A program made the translations under genes and the position numbers. This document shows positions 1 to 10,191 of a stretch of 16,921 bases of DNA, in pieces. Numbering within the stretch: the first letter of the stretch is position 1; each line of letters opens with the position of its first letter. This stretch comes from Octopus sinensis (taxonomy: Eukaryota): the NCBI RefSeq assembly GCF_006345805.1, contig NW_021825017.1, positions 1 through 16,921 on the forward strand, read 5' to 3'. Under the pieces are notes generated by a model. It saw only the letters and a program-made list of their open reading frames with translations. It searched no databases and was not told where the DNA came from.

Positions 1-119
1 AATAAAGCCAAGAGATAAATATGTTTTATCAACACATTCTCTACCAATATAAAAAGTTTAAAATTTTTTAGTTACCTAGAAATTATTTTAAAAACTGCCG
101 TTTCAAACCAAAAAGATCC
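1..119 (+). mobile_element. Terminal part of TIR element (MITE family A), cut by window start
   Basis: Ends in ...aaaactgccgtttcaaaccaaaaagatcc, aligning with the last ~120 bp of the full copy at 2462-2880. Confidence 0.9.
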
Positions 120-744
120 TTTGTCACTTATATCTTGCTTTATGTATTGTTATGTGGAATTTATTGTAGGTTTTGCAATGAATATGTTTGCAAACCACTG
201 TTTTCCGGCTCACTGCTTTACTGTGCACATATATATATATATTTTCATTTCCGGTTTCCATTTGTAAGACTTGCTACTTTTGATTTTACGCCTTTACAAC
301 CACTACTGCGTATGTGCTATAGTCTAACTTCTGTTTCTATATTCAATATCGCCGTCGTCGGCACTCTGTCGTAGGTCAACGTTGACTTATTTTATTCAGA
401 AATCATATCCGACAGACTCACATGTGGGCTACAAGGCCTGCTTTTGATTTCCAGCAGCAATGACATCTGCTGCAGGTGAAGCTACTTGACACAACGGAAA
501 AGTGACAAGTCTCATGCGCTCGTTCTCATTATCTCTGTTGTTTCTCCTCAATGGCTAGAATTACGCGCTTCAGCGATCGGTGCCATTCCCCGAAACGTAG
601 TTCAAAGTAGAAAAACCACCTTTGGGAGCCTGCTACCCTCTAATCTGCAAACTTGTCCCACAAAGCGCTATCGTGATGAGGTAATAAGTGGCTTCCACGC
701 TAATTGCGGCAGTGCGGCGCAGATCCTCTACATAGGGAATGGGA

Positions 745-955
745 GGATCTTTTCGGTTTGAACGGCAGTTTTTAACATAATTTCTAGGTAACTAAAAAAT
801 GTTAAACTTCGTATACTGGTAGAATGTGTTTATAAAACATCTTTTTCTCTTGGCTTTATTGAGAAAATTCTATAGTTTGTAAGATATTTGTTGTTTTTTT
901 TTCTTTAATTTCTGCAATTTCAACCAATCAGTGACGTCTATTGAGTTAAAAAGCA
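745..955 (-). mobile_element. Truncated half copy of MITE family A
   Basis: Starts GGATCTTTTCGGTTTGAACGGCAG; colinear with 7099-7308 up to ttgagttaaaaagca, then switches to SINE sequence. Confidence 0.9.
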
Positions 956-1099
956 GAGATCGACTCTGCCTTTCATCCTTTCGGGGTCGATAAATTAAGT
1001 ACCAGTTACACACTAGGGTCGATGTAATCGACTTAATCCGTTTGTCTGTCCTTCTTTGTCCCCTCTATGTTTAGCCCCTTGTGGATAATAAAAAAAAAA
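956..1099 (+). mobile_element. 3' half of tRNA-derived SINE family 1
   Basis: Colinear with 5688-5830 (gaggtcgactttgcctttcatcctttcggggtcga...gccccttgtgg) and ends in an A-rich tail. Confidence 0.9.
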
Positions 1100-1136
1100 C
1101 ATATATTCTTCCTATATTTTTTATTTTAAATTTATT

Positions 1137-1760
1137 TGTTACATCGACCCCAGTGCGTAACTGGTACTTAATTTACCATACTAATCCATACTAATTTCTT
1201 TATTACCCACAAGGGGCTAAACACAGAGAGGACAAACAAGGACAGACAAACGGATTAAGTTGTTACATCGACTCCAGTGCGTAACTGGTACTTAATTTAC
1301 CATACTAATCCATACTAATTTCTTTATTACCCACAAGGGGCTAAACACAGAGAGGACAAACAAGGACAGACAAACGGATTAAGTTGTTACATCGACCCCA
1401 GTGCATAACTGGTACTTAATTTACCATACTAATCCATACTAATTTATTACCCACAAGGGACTAAACACAGAGAGGACAAACAAGGACAGACAAACGGATT
1501 AAGTTGTACATCTACCCCAGTGCATAACTGGTACTTAATTTACCATACTAATTTCTTTACTACCCACAAGGGGCTAAGCACAGAAAGGACAAACAAGGAC
1601 AGACAAGCGGATTAAGTCGATTATATCGACCCCAGTGCGTAAATGGTACTTAATTTATCAACCCCGAAAGGATGAAAGGCAAAGTCAACCTCGGCAGAAT
1701 TTGAACTCAAAACGTAACGGCAGCGCCCGGCGTGGTAGCATTTCTGCCAGCTCGCCGCCT
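1137..1760 (-). mobile_element. SINE family 1 copy (~1552-1760) followed by about four tandem copies of its 3' half (units of 124, 124, 120 and ~114 bp)
   Basis: Unit starts at 1137, 1261, 1385 and 1505, each with a ccatactaat linker; head with A box ends at 1760 and has a ~21-bp deletion between the A and B boxes. Confidence 0.9.
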
Positions 1761-2461
1761 AAATACGCAATACCTACAAAGTCTTTTGATAAAAGTTCAT
1801 AGCATCACTGATTGCTTTTATATTAGTAGAGCTCTTATCAGTTATGCAATTTACATCTTGTGTTTCAAATATTTTCGTCTATGACTAACCATTTGTTCCC
1901 TTAACTCTTTTGCAGGATGTTTCTACTCTTTCTATTTTTCTTCATATCAACGCGGTATTAATTTCTATCTTGTTTTAATGTAGATTTTAATAAAATCCCT
2001 TTGGCTTTAGAACCAAATTCATTGCCTTGTTCAAATAATCATAATCAGCTTCTATAGCCACGGATTTTTTTGTGATTTAATATAATCGTTTCTTAAATAA
2101 AGCGATCTTTGATATCGAGTATATATTTTGCCATACTATTTTTTTGCAATAACTATCTCATTTTTTTTTTCTATAATTAACCTTTTTCTCGCATTTAATT
2201 TATTTCAGAATTAAGATATCTTTTATATAAGTATCTATTTTTTTGCGGTATATTTTGTTTACCTCGATGTTTGCCCGGAATTTAAGTAGACCCATTAATG
2301 AATAGATGTGACAGAATGCTTATTTCTTTTTGTAAGTGGAATGGTCGCAGCATATGTAATTTCGTTTATCATGTTGATATTGATTTCGATGTCTGTTTTC
2401 AGTAAGTACGATGGCCAAGTATTCTTCATATTATTGTTATTGCTGAATCATTAAAAATTCA

Positions 2462-2880
2462 GGATCTTTTCGGTTTGAACGGCTGTTTTTTCTATCGGTG
2501 TCATATGAAATTGTCACCCATAATTATGACCCTAGTATCGACCTATTGCATTTCAGTCTGTTTTAGGGTTAGGGTTAGGGGTGGGGGGAAGGGTATCTTT
2601 TATTTCTTCAGAAATGTAAATAAACCCAATCTGTTTCTTAAACGAGGGACATATTCATACGGCACAGAATGTTTTCACCTCAAAAGACGTCATTGATTGG
2701 TTGAAATTGCAGAAATTGAAGAAAAAACAACAACAAATATCTTACAAACCATAGAATTTTCTTAATAAAGCCAAGAGAAAAAGATGTTTCATAAACACAT
2801 TCTACCAGTATACGAAGTTTAAAAGTGTTTAGTTACGTGGAAATAATTTTTAAAAACTGCCGTTCAAACCGAGAAGATCC
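2462..2880 (+). mobile_element. Full-length MITE family A (419 bp) with internal TTAGGG repeats
   Basis: TIRs GGATCTTTTCGGTTTGAACGGC / GCCGTTCAAACCGAGAAGATCC; reverse-complement match to 7099-7510; no TSD seen at this copy. Confidence 0.9.
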
Positions 2881-3054
2881 GCTAGAATATTGGCATAATA
2901 CTTTTTATGAAGGCATATTGCTGATTCTTTGCATTTTTAAAAAATTCTACTGGCTATACAAGGTTGATCTTAGTCAACTTTATTTCTGCCCATTCTGTTG
3001 AAGGCGGAAGCGCTCAAGTCAATTAAATACGCACAGGCACACGTGTATACATGC

Positions 3055-3125
3055 ATACATCATACATACATGCATACATACCTACCTACATACCTACCTA
3101 CCTACCTACCTACCTACCTACCTAC

Positions 3126-3207
<82 letters not shown>

Positions 3208-3214
3208 ATCTATC
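3055..3214. repeat. Compound tetranucleotide microsatellite (TACA)n-(TACC)n-(TATC)n
   Basis: Direct reading. Confidence 0.97.
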
Positions 3215-3614
3215 TTCATGTACACATTCACACACACATATATCTATGTGTGAGTGTGTGTATCAAACGTATTTCATTAGAAAATATGAATTTATATAAA
3301 CATAAATCAAGGCGATTGTTATGAAACAAAGAAAGAAAACCCCCCAGCTGCTGAATAAATATATTTTATGCCGGAAAAGACGTAAACAACTCATAAGTTT
3401 CGGGTAATGAACTGTGAACATTAATGTTAAGTAAATTTCATATTTTGTTTTGCATCAGCAACATTATTAGCTAGGAGTGTTTCCAGGGCACAGTGCGCAT
3501 TTTCTCTTTAATATATGGCCGCGTTTCGTATATATTAAATGATTTAATCGGAATGCACTCACATCTACACACACACACACAAACCCGGTAGACTGTTATA
3601 AATGTAACAGGTTT

Positions 3615-3653
3615 ACATACATACGTAGATACATACATACATACAAATGTACA

Positions 3654-3691
<38 letters not shown>

Positions 3692-3701
3692 TTCATACAT
3701 A

Positions 3702-3732
<31 letters not shown>

Positions 3733-4320
3733 TACAAGCATACATACATACACACATACATGCATGCATAATACATACCTACAGACGTATAAATACAAAC
3801 ATACACACACACATATATACTCATATACATACATGCATACATACATACATAATACATACATACACACGTATATACACACATTTATACAATCATATATACA
3901 TACACACATACATGCATGCATAATACATACATACAGACGTATAAATACACACACACACACACATATATATATATACATACTTATATACACACATACATAC
4001 ACATGCATATATATATACACACTTACATACATATACATATACATTCATTTATATATATATGCATTCATGCATACGTGCATACATACATATATAATACATA
4101 CATACACACGTATACACACACACATACATACATATACGCTCATTTATATATATATGCTTTCATACATACGTGCATACATACATACACACATGCATGCATA
4201 ATACATACATACAGACGTATAAATACAAACATATACACACACCACACTCACACACACACACATATATATATACACATGCATACATACACACATGCATATA
4301 TACATACATACATACATATT
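3615..4320. repeat. Degenerate (TA)/(CA)/(TACA)n tract with higher-order duplicated blocks
   Basis: Direct reading; marker cagacgtataaatac recurs at 3782, 3934 and 4212. Confidence 0.95.
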
Positions 4321-4488
4321 TTTAGAGAAAAAGCAGTAATGTTCAGGCGCTGGTCATGAATTGGGTATGACAATGGTATGACAGGGAATTTGCACCAAGG
4401 AAGCGTTCTTCACACTAAAAAACGCCGAGTCTCTTGCATGCAATATAATATGGTGAGAAACTTCGATTACCTTAGATTATATAAATAA

Positions 4489-4840
4489 CTAGCTCTATGA
4501 CCCGGCAACGCCGGGTCATAGTGCTAGTGCATGCATATACATCTGCGTGCATGTGCACATACACGCGAGTACTGTCCAAATCTCTGACCAATCACATACA
4601 GCTAGCTGGCATTCAATTGGCGTATCAAGTTTCGGCCATTTTGATTGCGTTTTGGATAGAAAATTCACTTCTATTGATTTTTAATGGCTTTGTGGAGTGA
4701 CTGAGGAGATATAAAGATGACCACCCTTGGACGGTTTTGAATGACTATAGAAAGTGCGAGCCCTCTAACTGAAAAATTGTGGACTTGTATAAAGGATACA
4801 CACATACACACAGACATTTTGCCGTTTATATATAGAGAGA
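4489..4840 (-). mobile_element. Non-autonomous Helitron (352 bp), complete
   Basis: Minus strand starts A|TCTCTCTATATATAAACGG and ends CTAG|T; perfect 12-bp hairpin ctatgacccggc-aac-gccgggtcatag (4495-4521) just before the 3' end; second copy at 6090-6422. Confidence 0.85.
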
Positions 4841-4910
4841 TTAAGACGCAAAAGATGTCTCAGTTGATTGGAGATTTTGAACAAGCTATATTCTTTGTGT
4901 GAACTTAATT

Positions 4911-5162
4911 CTTAACACATATGTGTATACATATATGCATACATACGTACATGCATAAATACACACATATATACACACATACACACATACACACACACAT
5001 ACATACATACATACATACATACATACATACACACATATATACACACATACACACACACATACATACATACATACATACATACATACATACATACATACAT
5101 ACATACATACATACATACATACATACATACATACATACATGCATATCTATATATGTATATAT
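4911..5162. repeat. (CATA)n/(CA)n microsatellite
   Basis: Direct reading. Confidence 0.97.
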
Positions 5163-5265
5163 AATAATTACTAGCGACTGATGCAGTGCTAATACCAAAA
5201 GTTAATACTTATCCCCACTTAAAATCACATGTTGTGTTAGAACACAGAATCCTGTGATATTTGCC

Positions 5266-5850
5266 ATGAGAGAAACTCTCATATGGACTACCAGAGCATA
5301 GGATTTTGGCCTTGTCTGGTCTTGTCTGTGGTAGACGCTGGAGATAGCAGCAATATCTTCGTTAGCAATATACATGAAGTCTCAATGTCTGAATTATCAG
5401 TGCCTGATTACACACTGAGAACATGTATATCGCAGCTATCTCCAGTGTCCGAGCGCCTACCACTGACAAGGCCAGAAAAGGCAGAAATCACGTGATATGG
5501 TGATCTCAGTGATGTTGATGACGGGGGTGATGTGTCTTCTGCAAGTGATATAGACAAGAGAGCTTATATGTATCAAAATCCAATATGAGAGTTTCTGAAG
5601 GCGGCGAGCTGGCAGAAACGTTAGCACGCCGGGCGAAATACGTAGCCGTATTTCGTCTGCCGCTACGTTCTGAGTTCAAATTCCGCCGAGGTCGACTTTG
5701 CCTTTCATCCTTTCGGGGTCGATTAAATAAGTATCAGTTACGCACTGGGGTCGATGTAATTGATTCAATCCCTTTGTCTGTCCTTGCTTGTTCCCCCTGT
5801 GTTTAGCCCCTTGTGGGTAGTAAAGAAATAAATATGAGAGTTTCTCTCAT
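5266..5850. mobile_element. Degenerate foldback/MITE-like element interrupted by a SINE in its right terminal repeat
   Basis: 5266-5287 is the reverse complement of 5579-5596 joined to 5846-5850 once the SINE and one TSD are removed; inner arms 5304-5356 and 5427-5479 are also inverted. Confidence 0.55.
5597..5830 (+). mobile_element. Full-length tRNA-derived SINE family 1 (~234 bp)
   Basis: A-box-like TGGCAGAAACG (5610-5620), B box GTTCAAATTCC (5674-5684), A-rich end, perfect 15-bp TSD aatatgagagtttct (5582-5596 / 5831-5845). Confidence 0.95.
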
Positions 5851-6089
5851 ACACATACTTGGTGGCTGTTACATTTTGTTTAATTTAAGATTTTTTCTGT
5901 GTTTTTATATAATTTTATTTGAAAAGGTACTTATAATAAAAATGTTCAAATAAACGATTCATATGAGGGTTAAACATTTGAATGAAACATGATTTATTTC
6001 ACCAATTTAAAAAGATTTGTGACTGACGGTCATAGTTTCCACTTATCACGAGCCTTTTAAATGACTTGAAGAATTGAAGCGGTTGATTA

Positions 6090-6422
6090 TCTCTATATAT
6101 AAACGGAAAAATGTCTGTCTCTGTGTGTGTGTCCTTTATACAAATCCACAATTTTTCAGTTAGAGGACTCGCACTTTCTATGGTCATTCAAAACCGCCCA
6201 AGGGTGATCGTGCACATCTTTACATTTCCCCAGTCACCCCGCAAAGCCATTAAAAAATCAATAGAATTGACATTTTTGTGAATTTTCTATCCAAAACCCA
6301 ATCAAAATGCCCGAAACTTGATACGCCAATTGAATGCCGGCTAGCTGTATGTGATTGGTCAGAGATTTGGACAGTACTCGCATGTATGTGCGCACGCACG
6401 CAGCTGTATATGCATGCACTAG
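6090..6422 (+). mobile_element. Non-autonomous Helitron, copy lacking the terminal hairpin
   Basis: A|TCTCTATATATAAACGG start; reverse complement of 4524-4840; ends at the first CTAG|T. Confidence 0.85.
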
Positions 6423-7098
6423 TTTAAATATAAGATTGTCTATTTGAATATTTCTAAACTTAAATGATGAAATTTTGTTGGACGAGAGGAAAATATAAGA
6501 AATTGCGAGTGTAAGGGTATGTAGAAATAAGGATAGGAACAGAGCTACACAGAGATTGAGAAATAGGTTTAGAGAGTTATAAGAATGTAAATGAAACTAA
6601 GCAATTAAAGAGGATAGTCAATAGAATAGAGAAAGGATATATAGAGAGATTCTACTCGGTTAGGAAAGTGAAATTCAATAAATATACATAAAGTATACAT
6701 GTAAGTAAAATGAAAGGAAATATATAAAATTAAAATACAGTTAATGATAAATTAAATAGTAAAAGGAAGCTAAATATAATCAAGAGTTTGTGAGTGTAAT
6801 TATTTTAGCTAATTAAGCAAAGAAAGAAAAATATTTACATTTCCAGAGATTATAGAATGCCAACAAAAATTTTGATGGCGTACTACAGCATCAAAAAGAA
6901 AAGTAGTTTCGTCACCAACAGCGGGTAGTCAGCAGCCTTAGAAGTAACATGTATAAGATTCTTGTAAGTAATGTGAATTACGGAAAGAACTAGAATAAGA
7001 TAGAAAGAAAAAAAAAAGAACAATGATAAGAAGGCAAAAGAGAGAAAGAAGATAAAGATGAATACAAGAGACGGAAGGATAAAGAAAAAAGAAGAAAC

Positions 7099-7510
7099 GG
7101 ATCTTTTCGGTTTGAACGGCAGTTTTTAAAATAATTTCCACGTAACTAAACGCTTTTAAACTTCGTATACTGGTAGAATGTGTTTATAAACCATCTTTTT
7201 CTCTTGGCTTTATTGAGAAAACTCTTTAATTTGTAAGATATTTGTTGTTTTTTTCTTCAATTTCTGCAATTTCAACCAATCAGTGACGTCTATTGAGTTA
7301 AAAAGCATTCTGTACCGTATGAATATTCCCCCGTTTAAGAAACAGATTGGGTTTATTTACATTTCTGAAGAAAAAAAGATACCCTCCCCCACCCCTAACC
7401 CTAACCCTAACACAGATTGAAATGCAATAGATAGATACTAGGATCATAATTATGGGTGACAATTTCATATGACACCGCTAGAAAAACTGCCTTTCAAACC
7501 GAAAAGATCC
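7099..7510 (-). mobile_element. Full-length MITE family A (412 bp), opposite orientation
   Basis: Both TIRs present; (CCCTAA)n at ~7393-7410; possible 8-bp TSD gaagaaac/gaagagac (7091-7098 / 7511-7518, one mismatch). Confidence 0.9.
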
Positions 7511-7984
7511 GAAGAGACGGTGAGGAGCCCATCCCAATTCTATATCGTTTGACAAGCAGTGATAAAACATAACTATCGTTCAAGAACCATTTTATTTTAA
7601 TGTAATAAATAATTATATAAACTTACGTAATGATTGAGTACACACACGCATACAGATATCTTTGAGGTAGCATGTTCGCACTATCATTCTCACACATACT
7701 AAATGATATACCGATATAAACATAACACGAACACATACTCACAAGCCTTTACATACACACAAATTATACTCATACATTCATATATTCATATATATATAAT
7801 TATTTGACTGATTTAATTGCGTGTCTTGAAAAGGAAAAGGAAATTACGTCTAAATACAACCATAAACAAAATTTTTTCTGCACGCTTCACTGGTTTATAT
7901 ATTATTATATACACAAGCTTCAGCTAATGTGTCGTTACTTTATTACAGTTCGTTTTTCGAAATCTCACTAAATATTGTTTGTTG

Positions 7985-9160
7985 GTTATGGTGGTTGATG
8001 GTGAGGGCTGCAGAGGTTGTAAATGGTGAGGTGGTAGTTGTTGATGGCGCTGCTTCCTGTTTGTGGAAAGTAGTGGTGGTGCTAGTTGTTGGCGGTGGGA
8101 TTTGGTTGTGGTTAGTTTTTGTTTTTTTTTTAGTTCGGAAGAGTCTTTGTTTCTCTTGTGACAGCTATCACAACTATAGTCAGTCGTGACTGTGGTGGTA
8201 CTGATGGTTGCTATTGTTGGTAATGGCTTCACTAGCCGTTGTTGCTAGTGGTGGTAGAAGCACTAGTTGATGGAGGTAGTTTGTGTTGTTAGTGGTGGAG
8301 TTGCTGGTTGTTGTTGTTGCTGTTGCTGGTTTGTTGTTTGTTTGTTTGTTTGTTGAGAGAAGCGGTCTTCGTCCCAGAGTTAGTGGGTGAAGTACGAAAC
8401 GTGGTCCTTTGCTATTCGTAAGACCCGCAGAAGAGAAAGCAGGTCAACCCCCGACACCGAGAGCATCGACGGATGGATGAATGCGCATCCAGGCTCAGCA
8501 GTTGCGTAGGAAGTCGAGGACAAGAAACAGGAAGAAAGAGTGAAAGAATGTTGGAGCGAAAGAGTACAACAGGGGTATCCACCACCTCCTGCTGGAGCCT
8601 CGTGAAGCTTTTAAGTATTTTCGCTCAATAAACACACACCACGCCCGGTCTGGGAATCGAAACCACGATCCTCCTACCGCGAGTCCGCTGCCCTAACCAC
8701 TGGGCCATTGCGCCTCCACTGTTGCTGTTGCTGGTTCTGAGTGGTGATGGTGTGACTTTCCGATGGTTGTGGTTGGGATTATTGTTAATGTTAGTATTAT
8801 TACGTGCTGGTAATGATGGCTGTCGTTATTGCTGTTAAACACTATGTCAGTTCCCTGTGTTCCGGCTGGGGTTAACGACGTTGTAGCCCTTACCGTTCTA
8901 TACCGTTGCCTGTGTGTTTGGGGCCTAGGACTACATTGACTACATGTATCCTTCTCTAAAGTGGGCTATTTGGGTTGCTGCTTCTCGCTGATCGATCCAC
9001 CACGTAAAGGCTCCCTCATTGGTTCGAAAAGGCCTTTGTTTTTCTTGGTGATGGTTCTGGTCATGAAAGCAGTGTTAGTTTTTATCCTGTTGTTATTGTT
9101 GGTACTGTTATTAAATTGGTGACGGCGGTGGCGTTAGTGCATTTGATGGCATAATAGAGG
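7985..9160. repeat. Degenerate (GTT)/(GGT)/(GCT) trinucleotide low-complexity region, interrupted by a SINE
   Basis: Direct reading; approximate boundaries. Confidence 0.75.
8332..8719 (-). mobile_element. Full-length tRNA-derived SINE family 2 (~388 bp), resembling the octopus OR-type tRNA-Arg-related SINEs
   Basis: Minus strand: A box TGGCCCAGTGG (8697-8707), B box GGTTTCGATTCC (8653-8664), (CAAA)n tail, perfect 17-bp TSD tgttgctgttgctggtt (8315-8331 / 8720-8736). Family name is from recall only. Confidence 0.92.
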
Positions 9161-9440
9161 TTCTGGTCAGTTCCGATAAAGAAGCAATACTATGACCAAA
9201 ACGAGGATCCAGACAAAACCATTCTTCTTCTTTTTATCCAATATACAGAAAATGATTCGATGGAGGTTTAACTGCCATTTCTAGCACATTTAATTGCTAA
9301 GTCTAGCATAATTAAATCATAGAGTGAATTCTACGTTGGCTGGTGGTGTTTCTAGCTGTGGTTGGTGCTAGTAATTGCATTAGTAGTGGTATAGGTTTTG
9401 GAATAACAAGAAGAATAACAAGAACCATAATAGTATTATT

Positions 9441-9545
9441 AATAATAATTCTTTCTATTAAAGGCACAAAGCCTGTAACTGGTACTTAGTTTATCGACCC
9501 CGAAATCGTGAAAAGTAAAGCTGACCACGACGGCGGATTTTGAAA
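9441..9545 (-). mobile_element. Degraded, internally deleted SINE family 1-related fragment
   Basis: taactggtacttagtttatcgaccccgaaa matches the SINE core (cf. 12235-12265); joined to a different tail (ctttctattaaaggcacaaagcctg). Confidence 0.65.
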
Positions 9546-9563
9546 ATAATAATAATAATAATA

Positions 9564-9620
<57 letters not shown>
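9545..9620. repeat. (AAT)n microsatellite
   Basis: Direct reading. Confidence 0.97.
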
Positions 9621-9622
<2 letters not shown>

Positions 9623-10190
9623 GCCTTGATGCAGTACCAGACTTTGGCTGTCATGGCTTCTGATGTTAACTGATTGGAACTGTTATCATGTACATTGTTT
9701 TCTCTTGGTATAAAAGATGGGCTACAGCAAATATTCTGCTCAATACCACAGATTTGCTTGTCAGTTGTTTGACTTTAACCAGTTGAGCATGTCCCTCAGT
9801 GGCTGACGATATGTGTATCTCTGATCAAGAGCAGAAGTAGTGGGGGAGCATCATAGCCGTGTGTTGAGAGGAATTCTTTGGGGTTAGGATAATTCACCCT
9901 TGGAAACATGGATGTTTTGTTCATCATCCTTAAACCACACTTATTCAGGGACTTTTCGAGCGGGATGGGCTAATCGATCTGAAGAAAATTCTAACTGGAC
10001 CCCACCTGCAAGTTCATGCGCTGTTTATCTTGTTATGAGATCACAATGTCGCGCACATATGGTTGTGATGCATGTGCCTGGTGTACCTTTATCAGACTGG
10101 TAGTCATGATGGGTATACTGGGCTTCGTATATTTGTACCCCAGTGTCACTTTGATGGCATGCACTGCTTTCTCACTCAACAATAATAATA
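9621..10190 (+). mobile_element. Probable non-coding retroelement segment (~560 bp) bracketed by (AAT)n
   Basis: Higher-GC complex block starting right after (AAT)n and ending in aataataata; single copy in this window; repeat status is inferred. Confidence 0.45.
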
Positions 10191-10191
10191 G

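Noticed and set aside
560-605. Hammerhead-like CCGAAACGTA
   Set aside because: No CUGANGA or compensated core and no stem I upstream
1-955. Composite transposon carrying 120-744
   Set aside because: The spacer lies outside both MITE copies, between their termini, so it is not cargo
1137-1618. Regularly spaced repeats resembling a CRISPR array
   Set aside because: Whole units are near-identical with no unique spacers; SINE-derived; eukaryotic context and no cas genes
2562-2593. Telomere or chromosome-fusion relic
   Set aside because: Only about three TTAGGG units, at the same position inside both full MITE copies
2998-5198. His/Ile/Tyr/Thr- and Val/Cys/Met-rich ORFs in the track
   Set aside because: Translations of stop-free microsatellites, open in several frames on both strands
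5497-5590. Acidic reading frame (DLSDVDDGGDVSSASDID) resembling a transposase N-terminus
   Set aside because: Short, low-complexity, with no catalytic motif or TTAA ends
7924-8232. Thr/Gln-rich and Val-rich ORFs
   Set aside because: Products of degenerate GTT/GGT repeats
8640-8719. tRNA gene
   Set aside because: tRNA-like head continues into a SINE body, tail and TSD; no complete cloverleaf
9803-9860. CTGACGA core in the AAT-flanked element
   Set aside because: Followed by GAAG rather than GAAA and no stem III or cleavage triplet
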